From the NCBI GenBank assembly GCA_963833125.1, contig CAWHWX010000019.1, positions 128,001-192,000 on the forward strand: DNA of 64,000 nt, written 5' to 3'. A program made the translations under genes and the position numbers. This DNA comes from Candidatus Bathyarchaeota archaeon. Its GTDB lineage: Archaea; Thermoproteota; Bathyarchaeia; 40CM-2-53-6. Positions within the stretch are counted from its first letter, which is position 1, and each line of letters starts with the position of its first letter. The notes beneath the pieces were generated by a model. The model worked only from the letters and a program-made list of their open reading frames with translations, had not been told where the DNA came from and did not search any database. Of the stretch, positions 20,414 through 31,059 are shown in pieces.

Positions 20414-21688
20414 TTGCCGATGGCCAAAAGTTCTGAACTTTCCGGATTCTATAAGCTCACCGTTGCTGACCGGGTAAAAGCGGTTAAGGATTTTGCTGGG
20501 CTCAATGATGAAGAAGCGGCTTTACTTCAGAAGCCAGGGGCGCTGGGATTTGATGTTGCCAATCGCATGGTTGAGAACGTCATCGGCGTAATGCCGGTCC
20601 CGATGGGCGTCGCAATGAATTTTCTCATCAATGGGAGAGAGGTTATTGTTCCTATGGCGATTGAAGAACCATCGGTAATCGCGGCTGCTAGTAATGCGGC
20701 TAAGATGACTCGGGCAAAAGGCGGTTTCCAAGCCACAACCACCGACCCTATCATGATTGGGCAAATTCAGGTCGTGGGAGTTCAGGACGCATACAGAGCA
20801 AGATTTGAAATTCTCGCACAAAAAACGGAGCTCTTGAAGCATGCTAACGCGCAGGACCCTGTCTTAGTCTCTCTGGGGGGCGGTGCTCGAGACTTAGAGG
20901 CTCGGATCATCGACACTTTTCAAGGAAAAATGATCATAGCTGAATTATTGGTCGACTGCCGCGATGCGATGGGAGCAAACGCTGTGAATACGATGACCGA
21001 AGCAATTGCTCCACTTATTGAGAAGATCTCAGGAGGACGGGTCTATCTGCGGATCATATCCAACTTAGCCGTGAAACGATTAGCCCGTGCCAAAGCAACT
21101 TTCCCGAAGGAAGCGCTTGGTGGAGAGGAAGTTGTAAACGGAATTGTGAACGCATACGCCTTTGCGTCAGCGGACCCTTACCGATGTGCAACGCACAACA
21201 AGGGTATCATGAATGGTGTGACTGCTGTCGTCCTTGCAACCGGCAATGATACCCGAGCCATCGAGGCCGGTGCGCACGCATACGCTGCTAGGTCAGGTCA
21301 CTACACATCTCTGACATCATGGGAGAAGGACGCTAATGGCGACCTAGTGGGGACTTTGGAGATGCCGATGGCTGTGGGAATAGTTGGCGGAGCAACTGCA
21401 TCGAATCCAATTGCGAAAATCGCTGTGAAGATTCTTGGGATAAAGACTGCCAGGGACTTGGCAGAAGTGATTGTTTCGGTTGGTCTGGCCCAAAATCTAG
21501 CCGCGCTGCGTGCTCTGGCGTCCGAGGGTATTCAACGTGGGCACATGGGCCTGCATGCGCGGAACGTAGCGATAAGTGTCGGCGCGACAGGAGATCTGAT
21601 CGATAAGATTTCAGCACGTATGGTGGCTGAAAGAAAAGTAAGGGTGGATCGTGCGAAGGAGTTGCTGGAGGAGTTTTCTAGGCGTTAG
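20414..21688 (+). CDS. mvaA: HMG-CoA reductase, class II
   Basis: ENVIG, EEPSVIAA, DAMGANAVN, THNKGIMNG, GIQRGHM. Confidence 0.95.
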   Translation: MPMAKSSELSGFYKLTVADRVKAVKDFAGLNDEEAALLQKPGALGFDVANRMVENVIGVMPVPMGVAMNFLINGREVIVPMAIEEPSVIAAASNAAKMTRAKGGFQATTTDPIMIGQIQVVGVQDAYRARFEILAQKTELLKHANAQDPVLVSLGGGARDLEARIIDTFQGKMIIAELLVDCRDAMGANAVNTMTEAIAPLIEKISGGRVYLRIISNLAVKRLARAKATFPKEALGGEEVVNGIVNAYAFASADPYRCATHNKGIMNGVTAVVLATGNDTRAIEAGAHAYAARSGHYTSLTSWEKDANGDLVGTLEMPMAVGIVGGATASNPIAKIAVKILGIKTARDLAEVIVSVGLAQNLAALRALASEGIQRGHMGLHARNVAISVGATGDLIDKISARMVAERKVRVDRAKELLEEFSRR

Positions 21689-22049
21689 GTGGTGATGGCG
21701 GAGTTTCAACTTCTACTAGCATTTCGATGCGGCGAATCTTCGGAATCGCATCCTTCTCCATCCACTCGGAGATGGTATCGTACATCTTTCTGTAGTACTT
21801 CTTGGTTGCGTGCTTTACTATTCCGAGGCGTTCCATTCGGCGAATATAGCGCCACTTCATGCTTCGAGAAATTTTGTCTCCCATTAAGCGGTCGATGTCG
21901 ACTTTCTTGAAGACCTTGGGTAGGTGGGCAAATGTTCCAACAATTTCTTTTGGAAAGGCGGTTAAGGATTCCTTCGAAAGTTTTCGTTTGCCGCGAGATT
22001 CAATCCCGCGCATCCTGGTGTCATTTGCTTTCAAAATATACCCTTCCAT
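21678..22049 (-). CDS. Hypothetical basic protein, possibly winged-helix
   Basis: 123-aa ATG ORF filling the gap; RRMERLGIV resembles a wHTH recognition helix/wing. Confidence 0.5.
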   Translation of the reverse strand: MEGYILKANDTRMRGIESRGKRKLSKESLTAFPKEIVGTFAHLPKVFKKVDIDRLMGDKISRSMKWRYIRRMERLGIVKHATKKYYRKMYDTISEWMEKDAIPKIRRIEMLVEVETPPSPPNA

Positions 22050-22121
22050 TCGCCCTTACGGTTTCGATCTCATAAAAGCCTTGTGAACCATGCTTTTCGG
22101 TGTCATTCAATGGCCGGTCCA

Positions 22122-22961
22122 TCACAAGGAGCCGAACACGAAGGCGAGTAGGCCGAACGTCATCCAGAGAAGTACGTACTTCTTGCTGCGCTTTGCATTC
22201 CGGGGGCTTGGATTACTCAAAATGGAGTACGCGGTCAATACAAAGCCAAAGTCGCATATTGCGACCAGTGGTATATAGAGGGAGGTAACCAAACCGAATA
22301 GTAACGGTAGCGAGCTTAGGGCAACGGCGGCTAGGAAGAGCGCGGCGCCATACTTCCCAGCGACCACATTCCCTTTTGTTACGGCGATAGATCTAACTCC
22401 TCGCGATTGATCGCCGGGAACATCAACGATGCCCTTCACAATTTCCCGCCCTACGCTTGAGAGGAAAGCCAGCAGAGCGAAAATGGTGAGTGACCAATTC
22501 AGACTAGCTACAGCAAATCCACCATAGAGGAACGGTATCGCTACGTTCGTGCTAACCAATATATTGCCGAGCAGACCCGTTTTCTTCAGCTTCGCATTGT
22601 AAGAAATCATAATCACCAGGCTAAGCAGCGCTATCACGAGAGTTGGAATCCCAGTGTTAGAGGCTGATAGAAGCCCAAGAGATGCTAAGATCGCAGCAAA
22701 GGAGAGCGCTTCTCTCGCACTAACCACGCCCGAAGGTAGAGGCCGCGTAGGCTCGTTGATCGAATCGATCTCACGGTCAAAATAATCATTTACTACCATT
22801 GAAGCGGCCAACAGAAAGAAACCTGCAGCGAAACCGTAAAGCAGAGCCCTGGCGGTAACCGTTGAAGAAGATATGATTTCACCCACGATGACTGCGAAGC
22901 CTATCATTACGCAATTAGGCAAGCGCATGATAGTTAGGAGTCCAACGATTTTCTGGACCAT
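22122..22961 (-). CDS. Digeranylgeranylglyceryl-phosphate synthase (UbiA family)
   Basis: MRLPNC, NDYFDREIDSINEPTRPLPSG, GREIVKGIVDVPGD. Confidence 0.9.
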   Translation of the reverse strand: MVQKIVGLLTIMRLPNCVMIGFAVIVGEIISSSTVTARALLYGFAAGFFLLAASMVVNDYFDREIDSINEPTRPLPSGVVSAREALSFAAILASLGLLSASNTGIPTLVIALLSLVIMISYNAKLKKTGLLGNILVSTNVAIPFLYGGFAVASLNWSLTIFALLAFLSSVGREIVKGIVDVPGDQSRGVRSIAVTKGNVVAGKYGAALFLAAVALSSLPLLFGLVTSLYIPLVAICDFGFVLTAYSILSNPSPRNAKRSKKYVLLWMTFGLLAFVFGSL

Positions 22962-23104
22962 GGAATAGTTAGAGTTGGACTGCAATTCTTTCGGGCCCAC
23001 TTGATGCGCGAACAACTCTTTAACCCACCATTTTAATAGTGTCACGCCCGTTTGAACAACAGTCAATCTCTCTCAACACTCCGAGATGGTGGGTGACTCA
23101 TCCC

Positions 23105-23854
23105 TTGTCCGAAATCAAAATCGGCCCCGTAGAAAATCATCTACTGACAGTGATTAAGGAAAGAGGAGTTGCTCACCTAACCCTCTTCGACCCAGAAAAA
23201 CTGACGCCGTTTGCCGCCAAGAAATTGGCGGCCGAGGTTAAGAAGGCTGGTACGGCTGCGGCCATGGTTGGAGGTTCCACGTCGACCTCAGTCTATGAGC
23301 TCGATGCAATTGTTAAAGCGATCAAGCCTTCCGGGCTCAAGGTGATCCTTTTTCCGAACGATGTTGCGGGGTTGAGCCGGGATGCCGATGCTGTCTTCTT
23401 CATGTCTCTGTTGAATTCGATAAATCCATACTACCTCTCGGGAGCCCAAGCGCTTGGAGCTCCACTAGTGAAGAAGTACCGTATCGAACCGATTCCGCTG
23501 GCGTACTTGATTATAGGAGAACACGCTGGCGCAGCAGGTTTTGTGGGCAACGCGAACCCCATCCCATACGACAAGCCCGAACTAGCAGCAATCTACGCCC
23601 TAGCCGCAGAATATCTCGGGATGAGATTCGTCTACCTTGAAGCCGGCTCAGGAGCGAAACATATAGTCTCTTCAGAAATGGTTTCGGCGGTGCGCAAGAC
23701 TTGCCGAATGCATATCATAGCGGGCGGCGGCATTAGATCCCCACCACAGGCCGTAAAACTTGTGAAGGCAGGCGTCGATCTAATCGTTACGGGTACAATT
23801 GCGGAAAAAGCATCTGTGAGGAAACTGCGCGAAATAATCCAAGCCATACAGTAA
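23105..23854 (+). CDS. Geranylgeranylglyceryl-phosphate synthase (PcrB family)
   Basis: HLTLFDPE, MVGGST, FMSLLNS, YLEAGSGA, GGGIRS. Confidence 0.94.
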   Translation: MSEIKIGPVENHLLTVIKERGVAHLTLFDPEKLTPFAAKKLAAEVKKAGTAAAMVGGSTSTSVYELDAIVKAIKPSGLKVILFPNDVAGLSRDADAVFFMSLLNSINPYYLSGAQALGAPLVKKYRIEPIPLAYLIIGEHAGAAGFVGNANPIPYDKPELAAIYALAAEYLGMRFVYLEAGSGAKHIVSSEMVSAVRKTCRMHIIAGGGIRSPPQAVKLVKAGVDLIVTGTIAEKASVRKLREIIQAIQ

Positions 23855-23857
23855 CAG

Positions 23858-25684
23858 TTGGCTAGCCGCTTGGCGCATTCGTTCTCGAGACGCATCACTG
23901 GTACCACGCCCTACTACAACATGATTAGGCGGATAGCATTTCCATCGACAAGGACGATCATTGTCAACTCGATTCTCTTCACAACATTCGGAATCGGATT
24001 GTCCTTCCTAATATCAGAAGGTACACCCGGATCCTTCCTGGTCGGCATGGTATGGGGAGTAGCCACCCTCGCCATTCCTGCTCTCGCGTCAGACATCGTT
24101 CTCTACTTCACGATAATGAAGAAGGACCCCCTCTTCTACTTGAGACGGTGTCTTGGTCTCTCACTGTTCACAACGATCACGATGGTTATTGTGTTTCTAC
24201 TCAGTGCAATCATCGCCGTCCTCGATCCAAGGTTCATCTTTCCTGACTTCGCTATCATAGTAGGATTATTTGCCGTTATTCCGCCGAGGGCTCTGGCGGT
24301 TTTTTCAATGTCGAGGACCAGCTTCGCAAGGAGATTGCTGTTCGCGCTCCTTGAACCATGCTTGATAGTGATAACTGTGGTACTTCTGTTCGGCCTTCCG
24401 GCGGGACGCATGTTTACGGGTCTGCTGCTCGCCTCAACTGTTGGTGTGGCGTTTGCTTTTGCGTTGATTTCCACGATTGAATCCAATGGCCGCAAAGCAA
24501 TAGGGTTCTCACCCATCCGAATGTTTCGTGCTTTCCTGACTGATTGGTTAGAAGGCCAGAATGATGAGCTCGAGTCATACCTCTACGAGTTAGGTGTGGA
24601 AACCGAGGTAGATACGGCCGCATTTGCGTTTCGCAAGAAAGGAAGTCAGAACATTAAGGGCATGATTCTAGTCTCCACCCTACATCCTGGTCCATTCCTA
24701 AACGTCGGTAGCAGCGTTTTCCCATATCTGTTCGAATCCGCTGTCCAGAGAACGTTCAATGCGGTGGCGTTGGTCCCTCACGGTGCATCCGGCCACGAAC
24801 TGAACCTAGTGTCCCAAGAGCAGAATGAAAGAATCCTCAACTGGGTGTTCACGAACCTCGAAAAGGCAGAATATTACGGAGGCGCCACTCCCGTTGAAAG
24901 AAGTGCCAACGAGATGGCCACTGCGACTTCGCAAATCTTCGACGGGTGCGCTCTAGTTACGATGACTACTTCGCCGCTGGACATGGAGGATATCCCGTCT
25001 GAATTAGGGAGAAACCTGTTTGGACTCACGCACGGCAAATTTCGGAGCTTAGCGTTAGTCGACGCTCACAATTGTCTCACTGGCCCCACAACCATGACTC
25101 CTCAGAAGGTAGGTGCGCTCCAGGAGGCAGCGTTGGCTGCGTTACAGATTTCCTCAGAGCAACAGTCAAAGAACTTCAAGGTTGGAGTTGCCCACAAGAC
25201 GCCGGAAGGATTTACGTTGAAGGATGGGTTCGGGCCGGGGGGAATCTCTGTAATTGCCCTCGAAGTCGAGGGCCAGCGGTTCGCATACATAACTATCGAT
25301 GGGAACAACATGATTAGTGGGCTGAGGGAAGAGATTCTCAAGAGTGTCAAAAGCATAGGCTTTGATGATGCAGAGGTCATGACAACCGACACACACATGG
25401 TCAATGGAATAGTATCCGCACGTCTAGGGTACCACCCCATAGGCGAAGTCGTTCCAAGAAGACCAATAGTCCAAGAAATCACAGCGGAATGCCGAGAGGC
25501 TCTGAGCAACTTAGAGGAGGGTGAGGTCGGTGTGATCTCCGGTCAGATCCCAGTTACAACGCTCGGCCAGAAATCACTAAGGCGCGTTATGGGCATGGTT
25601 TACAGAGTCTCGAAATTGACCGCCCTCACGCTTTTCCCAATGGTAGTAGTAATCACGGTCCTATCCCTACTCTTTCTGGTGTGA
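23858..25684 (+). CDS. DUF2070 family membrane protein
   Basis: N-terminal TMs; HPGPFLNVGSS, VPHG..GH, DAHN, IDGNN, TTDTH. Confidence 0.85.
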   Translation: MASRLAHSFSRRITGTTPYYNMIRRIAFPSTRTIIVNSILFTTFGIGLSFLISEGTPGSFLVGMVWGVATLAIPALASDIVLYFTIMKKDPLFYLRRCLGLSLFTTITMVIVFLLSAIIAVLDPRFIFPDFAIIVGLFAVIPPRALAVFSMSRTSFARRLLFALLEPCLIVITVVLLFGLPAGRMFTGLLLASTVGVAFAFALISTIESNGRKAIGFSPIRMFRAFLTDWLEGQNDELESYLYELGVETEVDTAAFAFRKKGSQNIKGMILVSTLHPGPFLNVGSSVFPYLFESAVQRTFNAVALVPHGASGHELNLVSQEQNERILNWVFTNLEKAEYYGGATPVERSANEMATATSQIFDGCALVTMTTSPLDMEDIPSELGRNLFGLTHGKFRSLALVDAHNCLTGPTTMTPQKVGALQEAALAALQISSEQQSKNFKVGVAHKTPEGFTLKDGFGPGGISVIALEVEGQRFAYITIDGNNMISGLREEILKSVKSIGFDDAEVMTTDTHMVNGIVSARLGYHPIGEVVPRRPIVQEITAECREALSNLEEGEVGVISGQIPVTTLGQKSLRRVMGMVYRVSKLTALTLFPMVVVITVLSLLFLV

Positions 25685-26759
25685 CAATGATCCCAAGCGT
25701 ACCTCGTGATTCACATTACATGCAGCTTCCACGGGAGGTTTTGATTGGCAACAACGTTGCGCCTTTGGTGGGCGAGACACTGATCAGACTCGGCTTTCAC
25801 GGCCCGACACTGATGGTTACTGGTGAGAAGGTAATCTCGATTGCAGGCGACACCGTCCTTGAATCACTGAAACTGCGTGGTTTCAAAACGGAAACGATGA
25901 CCGTAAAGAGTTCCACAACTGAGGAAGTGGGTAAGGTTGAGAACAAGATCCGTGAGATGAAACCCGACGTGGTCGTTGGTGTTGGCGGTGGTAAGGATAT
26001 CGACGTAGCCAAGCTGAGCAGCATGAGAGCGGGCACTCGATTCCTAAGTGTACCGACGGCCGCATCACATGATGGCATCGCCAGCCCGCTTGTTTCGATG
26101 AAGGGCATGGATCGCCCCTATTCCTACGTTGCTCATTCCCCAATCGCCATCGTCGCAGACACCGCCATAATCGCCAAGTCACCATACCGACTAATCGCAA
26201 GTGGCTGTGGGGACGTAGTTGCAAAGTATACGGCTGTGCGGGACTGGAAGTTGGCGCATCGAATAAAGAACGAATACTACGGAGACTACGCAGCCGAACT
26301 TGCTCTAATGAGTTCACGTGTTGTCATTAAGAACGCCAGTCCAGCATTCGGGCGATGTCCGATTCAGGAGTGAGGACCTTGGTGGAGGCGTTGATCAGTT
26401 GCGGAGTGGCGATGAGCATAGCAGGCACAAGCCGCCCTTGCAGCGGAGCGGAGCACCTCTTCAGCCACTCGCTTGCCATGATCGCCCCGAAACCAGCCTT
26501 GCATGGTGAACAGTGTGGCGTTGGCACGATCATGTGTGCATATTTGCATGGAGCGAATTGGCAGTTGATCAAGGACTTCCTTCACAAGATTGACGCTCCC
26601 ACAACGGCAAAGGAATTGCAGATTGAGTCAGAGTACATACTGAAAGCGCTAACCATGGCGCATAGTATACGGCCCGAACGTTACACAATTCTAGGAGAAA
26701 GTGGTTTAACTCAAGATGCGGCTCGTAAGGTTGCGACGATCACCGGCGTGATCGAATAG
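25681..26759 (+). CDS. egsA: sn-glycerol-1-phosphate dehydrogenase (frameshift near 26345)
   Basis: [40 protein letters not shown]. Confidence 0.95.
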
Positions 26760-26789
26760 GGCACAGAAATCCACCGAGAGCAAAGCCGA

Positions 26790-28527
26790 ATGTCCACCCT
26801 TGATATCGAGGAGAAAATCAGGAAAGCCGCGGTTCTAAACGCGATCAAACACAACGGAAACGCAGATCCCGGCGCTGTTCTAGGTAATCTTCTCGGGGAA
26901 AACAACGACCTAAAACCAAAAGCAAAAGAACTCATGACAGCGGTCCGTCGAGTCGTTCAAGAAGTTAACTCAACAAAGCTGGAGGAGCTGAACCGAGAAG
27001 CGTCCGAGAAATGGCCGGAGGAATTAGTGAAGGAGAAGCCGGAAGAGGAGAGAAAGCTCCCTCCGCTGCCAAATGCTGATAAATATTCAAGAATTGTGAC
27101 TCGTGTAGCTCCTAATCCCGACTTTGTACTTCATATTGGTAATGCGCAGGCTGCGATCCTCAGCCACGATTATGCTAGAATGTACAACGGTAAGTTCATT
27201 GTTAGATTCGAAGACACCGATCCCCGCCTTAAGAAAGCTCAGCTACGATACTACGACATTATTCGAGAGGACCTGAAATGGTTAAGCTGTGATTGGGATG
27301 AGGAATACATCCAGAGTGATCGTATTCTAAACTACTACGAAGTCGGGCAAGCTCTTCTTTCGAAGGACGCAGCCTACGTGTGCGAATGCCAACCTGAACG
27401 ATGGCGCGAACTTGTCAACACCAGAGCAGCATGCCCACACAGGGATCTAGGTGTCGGGAACCAAATCGAAAGATGGGAGAAGATGCTGAATGGAGGCTAC
27501 GGTGAAGGACAAGCCGTCTACAGAGTGAAAACGGATCTGAATGATCCGAATCCCGCCGTTCGGGACTGGCCCGGATTCCGAATTGTTGACACGATCAAGA
27601 ACCCTCACCCACGTGTAGGTTCGAAGTTTAGAGTCTGGCCGCTGTATAACATGGCGTCCGGGGTTGACGACCACGAGCTTGGAATAACCCACGTGATTAG
27701 GGGAAAGGAGCATTTGACCAACATGGCTCGCCAACTGTTCATGTATCGGCACCTGGGTTGGACTTACCCAACCGCTGTTCATTTCGGCAGGTTGAAGGTC
27801 GAAGGAATGAACCTGAGCAAATCGAAGATGATGAGAGCTCTTGACGAGGGAGAATACGACGGAGTTGACGATCCAAGGCTCGGGACACTGGCAGCACTTC
27901 GAAGGCGGGGATACCGCGCCGAGACGATTAGGCAGCTAATTTGGGATGTAGGACCGAAACCTGTAGATGTAACGATCAGCTGGGATAACATCAACGCCAT
28001 CAACCGCAAACTCATCGATCCAACCTCACACCGATACTACTTCGTCCCAGACCCAATTACAACGATCGTGAGTGGTGTAGAAGAGAGCAAGGAAGTACAC
28101 GCCCCCCTCCATCCACAATATCCAGAGATGGGCACTAGGACTCTGAAAGTACACGCCCACAATGGCATCGTTAAGCTACTCCTGGCAGGGACCGACAGGG
28201 CGCTTTTAGTCTCTGGCAAAATGGTAAGGTTGATGGGGCTCTTCAGGATGCGACCAGATGGCTTCTCGCATGGCGAACTGAAGGGAGTATACTTGGGCGA
28301 TTCGGCAGGGAAAGCTGAGGATGTCCCGATCCTGCAATGGGTGCCGAGCGAAGAAATCGTCCCTGTAACCGTGGTGATGCCAGACGCTACCAATTGTAAG
28401 GGGTTTCGCTGAGAAAGGATTAGTTGCAGAACCTGTTGGATCCGTGATTCAGTTTGTTAGGTTCGGGTTTGGAAGAGTCGACCAAGTTACGGAAAATGGG
28501 TTAACAGTGTATTTCGCACACCAATGA
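26790..28527 (+). CDS. gltX: Glutamate--tRNA ligase (frameshift near 28400)
   Basis: RVAPNP..LHIG, RFEDTDP, LSKS; C-terminal QFVRFGFGRVD in the next frame. Confidence 0.96.
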
Positions 28528-28551
28528 TCGAATGTGCCATAGGGGAATAGA

Positions 28552-28797
28552 ATGTCAAACGCTCCAAACGCGATTGAGAATGAAGAGTTGTGGAAGGCCC
28601 TTGTTGACACGGCACATGCCCTTCTGATGTACAAGAGCCATAAGCGGTATGTTCAGGAGGTAATGCTCAAGGAGAACCCTGACATCTCTCCAGACGAACT
28701 AGCCGTACGACTCAACATACCGAAAGGAGAATCCCTCGTCCTTCTCGCTGAAACTGCGCGGAGAGACGGAGAAATCGAAGGGCGCTGGAGAAGGTAG
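28552..28797 (+). CDS. Hypothetical small protein, possible HTH
   Basis: ATG ORF; ENPDISPDELAVRLNIPKGESLVLL is helix-turn-helix-like. Confidence 0.6.
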   Translation: MSNAPNAIENEELWKALVDTAHALLMYKSHKRYVQEVMLKENPDISPDELAVRLNIPKGESLVLLAETARRDGEIEGRWRR

Positions 28798-29228
28798 AAG
28801 GCAAGAGTGATGATCGAAGCCTACTTGACTTCACGAGGTAGGGTTTCGAAAGATGATTAGGCCGTCGGGTGTCCATTGACTCAGCTGGGTATTCGTCCAT
28901 TTATGTAAACTCGATATTGGAATAAGTCGATTATCGACCATTCTTCTTTTCGATGTATGTCGATTTTTGAGTTGACCTTTATATGTGTCTGGGTGTACTA
29001 CACGAATTCTGTGGTACATTACTGTGCTATCCATGGGACTCTCGAATATCGGCAAATACCTCCCTCTGGGGATCGCCGTGTTTTACGTCATTGCAGGCGA
29101 TTACACGTCATTCTTCCGGTACCTTCAGGTCATCCTGTAACTTAGGGAAGTCGAACCAGTCCTAACTCAATGAAACTGGCCTCTTCAAGGCTTGCAAGAG
29201 GGTCTTCGGTATAGAACCTAAATTTGCA

Positions 29229-29263
29229 GGGTGTAATCACCCAATCATTGGGTGTATTCACCC
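29229..29263. repeat. 35-bp palindrome made of two 14-bp palindromic units 21 bp apart
   Basis: GGGTGTAATCACCC-AATCATT-GGGTGTATTCACCC. Confidence 0.7.
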
Positions 29264-29311
29264 ACTTTCAGAACCTTAGCCGCCTAACGAAAGAATGCAT
29301 TACCCGAGCTA

Positions 29312-29436
29312 GGGTGGATCCACCCCTCAAGGGGTGGCGCCAAACGGTGCCAAACGAAGACAACCACCGCCCCACTCTACGCCCCAATCCCCCATACGAA
29401 GCGGTTTGCAGCAACAACCGACAAGTTGACGTTACC
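29312..29436. mobile_element. Partial copy of a MITE-like element (right end only)
   Basis: About 90% identical by manual alignment to 46458..46583; ends AAGTTGACGTTACC. Confidence 0.75.
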
Positions 29437-29507
29437 TCTTGTTGGCGCCTTGCTCGATGTTATATCTACTGCACTCTAAGGCTCAATTACTTGGGGGTGA
29501 GTTGGAA

Positions 29508-29739
29508 ATGGAAGTTGAAAGTTCGAAAGATGCCTGGTTGGGTGTGGGCTCTAGCCATTGTAGTAGGGTTAGTGACTCTTGTTGCGGGATTTCTCGTTTT
29601 GGTGTACCCTGCACTAGGGCTTCTTGTTGTCGTGTACATTCTAGCCTTTGCTCTGATACTCCTCGGTATAGAGAGGCTTGGAATGGGAATTACGGGACAC
29701 GCCTACGTCGCTAAGAAACCAGAGCCAGCAAAAACCTGA
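29508..29739 (+). CDS. Small 2-TM protein, DUF308/HdeD-like
   Basis: GGTGAG Shine-Dalgarno; PGWVWALAIVVG..LVYPALG..LLGIERL; probable N-terminal frameshift. Confidence 0.6.
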
Positions 29740-29984
29740 TCCACTTAACGGGAGTCAAGAGCACTTGCGCTCCCTCGCTCCTCATTTTCTTTTAAGGTCT
29801 CAACTAAACGCATTGGATGATGAAGTAGAGCGATTCCGTATTGAAACTGCTTTGCCTGTCGGGGCGCATATTCCACTGAGTAGAAATTAGGCATAATTAC
29901 TCTTTACGACTTGCTCTCCAAGCCACGTTAAATACCCTAACGGCACACAGCAGGTTCCCAGAGGATAAATGGAGGTGTTTGAGA

Positions 29985-30065
29985 TTGGCGCCGAAACGCA
30001 AAGTTAGGATGAAATTAGGTACTGAACACGACAAAAACATAAAACAAGAGGAACAAGTAGCTTAA
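29985..30065 (+). CDS. Putative 26-aa microprotein MAPKRKVRMKLGTEHDKNIKQEEQVA
   Basis: TTAAATA upstream, GGAGGTG Shine-Dalgarno at 29971, TTG start, downstream hairpin and T-tract. Confidence 0.45.
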   Translation: MAPKRKVRMKLGTEHDKNIKQEEQVA

Positions 30066-30069
30066 CCCT

Positions 30070-30112
30070 ATCACGGGCGGCTAAGTGTTTCCGCCCTGAT
30101 TTTCTTTATTCC
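30070..30112 (+). terminator. Hairpin + T-rich terminator
   Basis: GGGCGG..CCGCCC followed by TTTTCTTTATT. Confidence 0.6.
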
Positions 30113-30206
30113 TTGCCTTTGGTTTTTCCTGGGTGTCATCTGAGAGTGAGGCTCACGAAGTCAACTATTGGCCACGATCCAAGGCGTGCTCTGAATTGAA
30201 GATCAG

Positions 30207-30440
30207 CTAAGGAGTGCTCCGTTTAGTTGGTTCAATTCCCCATCGTATCTTATTCCAAATTCGTTCATGCACGAAGTACGCAACCGTCGTGTACAGATTG
30301 CTAATTACCATAAACCCCAGTGCGACATCGACTTGTCGTGTGAGGATGTAAATTACGGAGAAGTCTAGTACGATAATCACGGCTCTGTAGGTGAGAGCCT
30401 TAACTACAGACCGCTTGGTTGTTCTGCCGAGGTCCATCAT
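30207..30440 (-). CDS. DUF2061 family membrane protein
   Basis: RSVVKALTYR...YFVHERIWNKIRWG. Confidence 0.85.
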   Translation of the reverse strand: MMDLGRTTKRSVVKALTYRAVIIVLDFSVIYILTRQVDVALGFMVISNLYTTVAYFVHERIWNKIRWGIEPTKRSTP

Positions 30441-30714
30441 TCCTTACCAGTGAAGACGTTCTGCAGCCGCGCATTTTGAATTATCGTTGGCAGCAACAAT
30501 AAGGAATCCCCGCCAATACGTGAATACCATTGCGTGTTACTCGCAATCCGCACCTTAATCGCGTACGGGCTAGCTGGAAGAAAAACACGAAACTGAACCG
30601 TGTCATGTTGGGGACTTGTATCAGTCCAAATCAATTCCGCAGAAGGTAACAGAACCCGTCAGTAAGCCTGGATATGAGTAACAGGCTTGGGGTCATCGTC
30701 GTAGCAGAAAAATT

Positions 30715-30897
30715 CTAAGCTGCTCTATTATGCTTCTTGTAGTTGACTGATTTCTTAACTTGATCGCCTATGTTCTTGCTTTGTTTAGTGAGCATCTTAC
30801 GATTCTTAGGGCTTGAAGCCCAAAGACTTACAATTGCTCCAACAGTTGCTGCAACAAGAGCGATGGCGACTCCTTTAGATTTTCCGTTCATTCTCAT
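30715..30897 (-). CDS. YtxH-like small membrane-anchored protein
   Basis: AGGAGGG Shine-Dalgarno; hydrophobic VAATVGAIVSL followed by PKNRKML and an amphipathic tail. Confidence 0.5.
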   Translation of the reverse strand: MRMNGKSKGVAIALVAATVGAIVSLWASSPKNRKMLTKQSKNIGDQVKKSVNYKKHNRAA

Positions 30898-31059
30898 TTC
30901 CCTCCTACCAAACAATCTACACCAACACACTTAAGGTGCTAAGTCGGAAATCGACCAACGCCATTTGCCGAGTTTCTAGTAAAAGACCTGAACCCGACTT
31001 TTGCGCGCGGACTGAGGCTGAGGTCTATTGCGAGAAGAAACAACTTGCTTTAGCTGCAT

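Noticed and set aside
28831-29165. Short overlapping ORFs after the 81-aa gene
   Set aside because: No recognisable motif and stops in all frames; probably gene debris.
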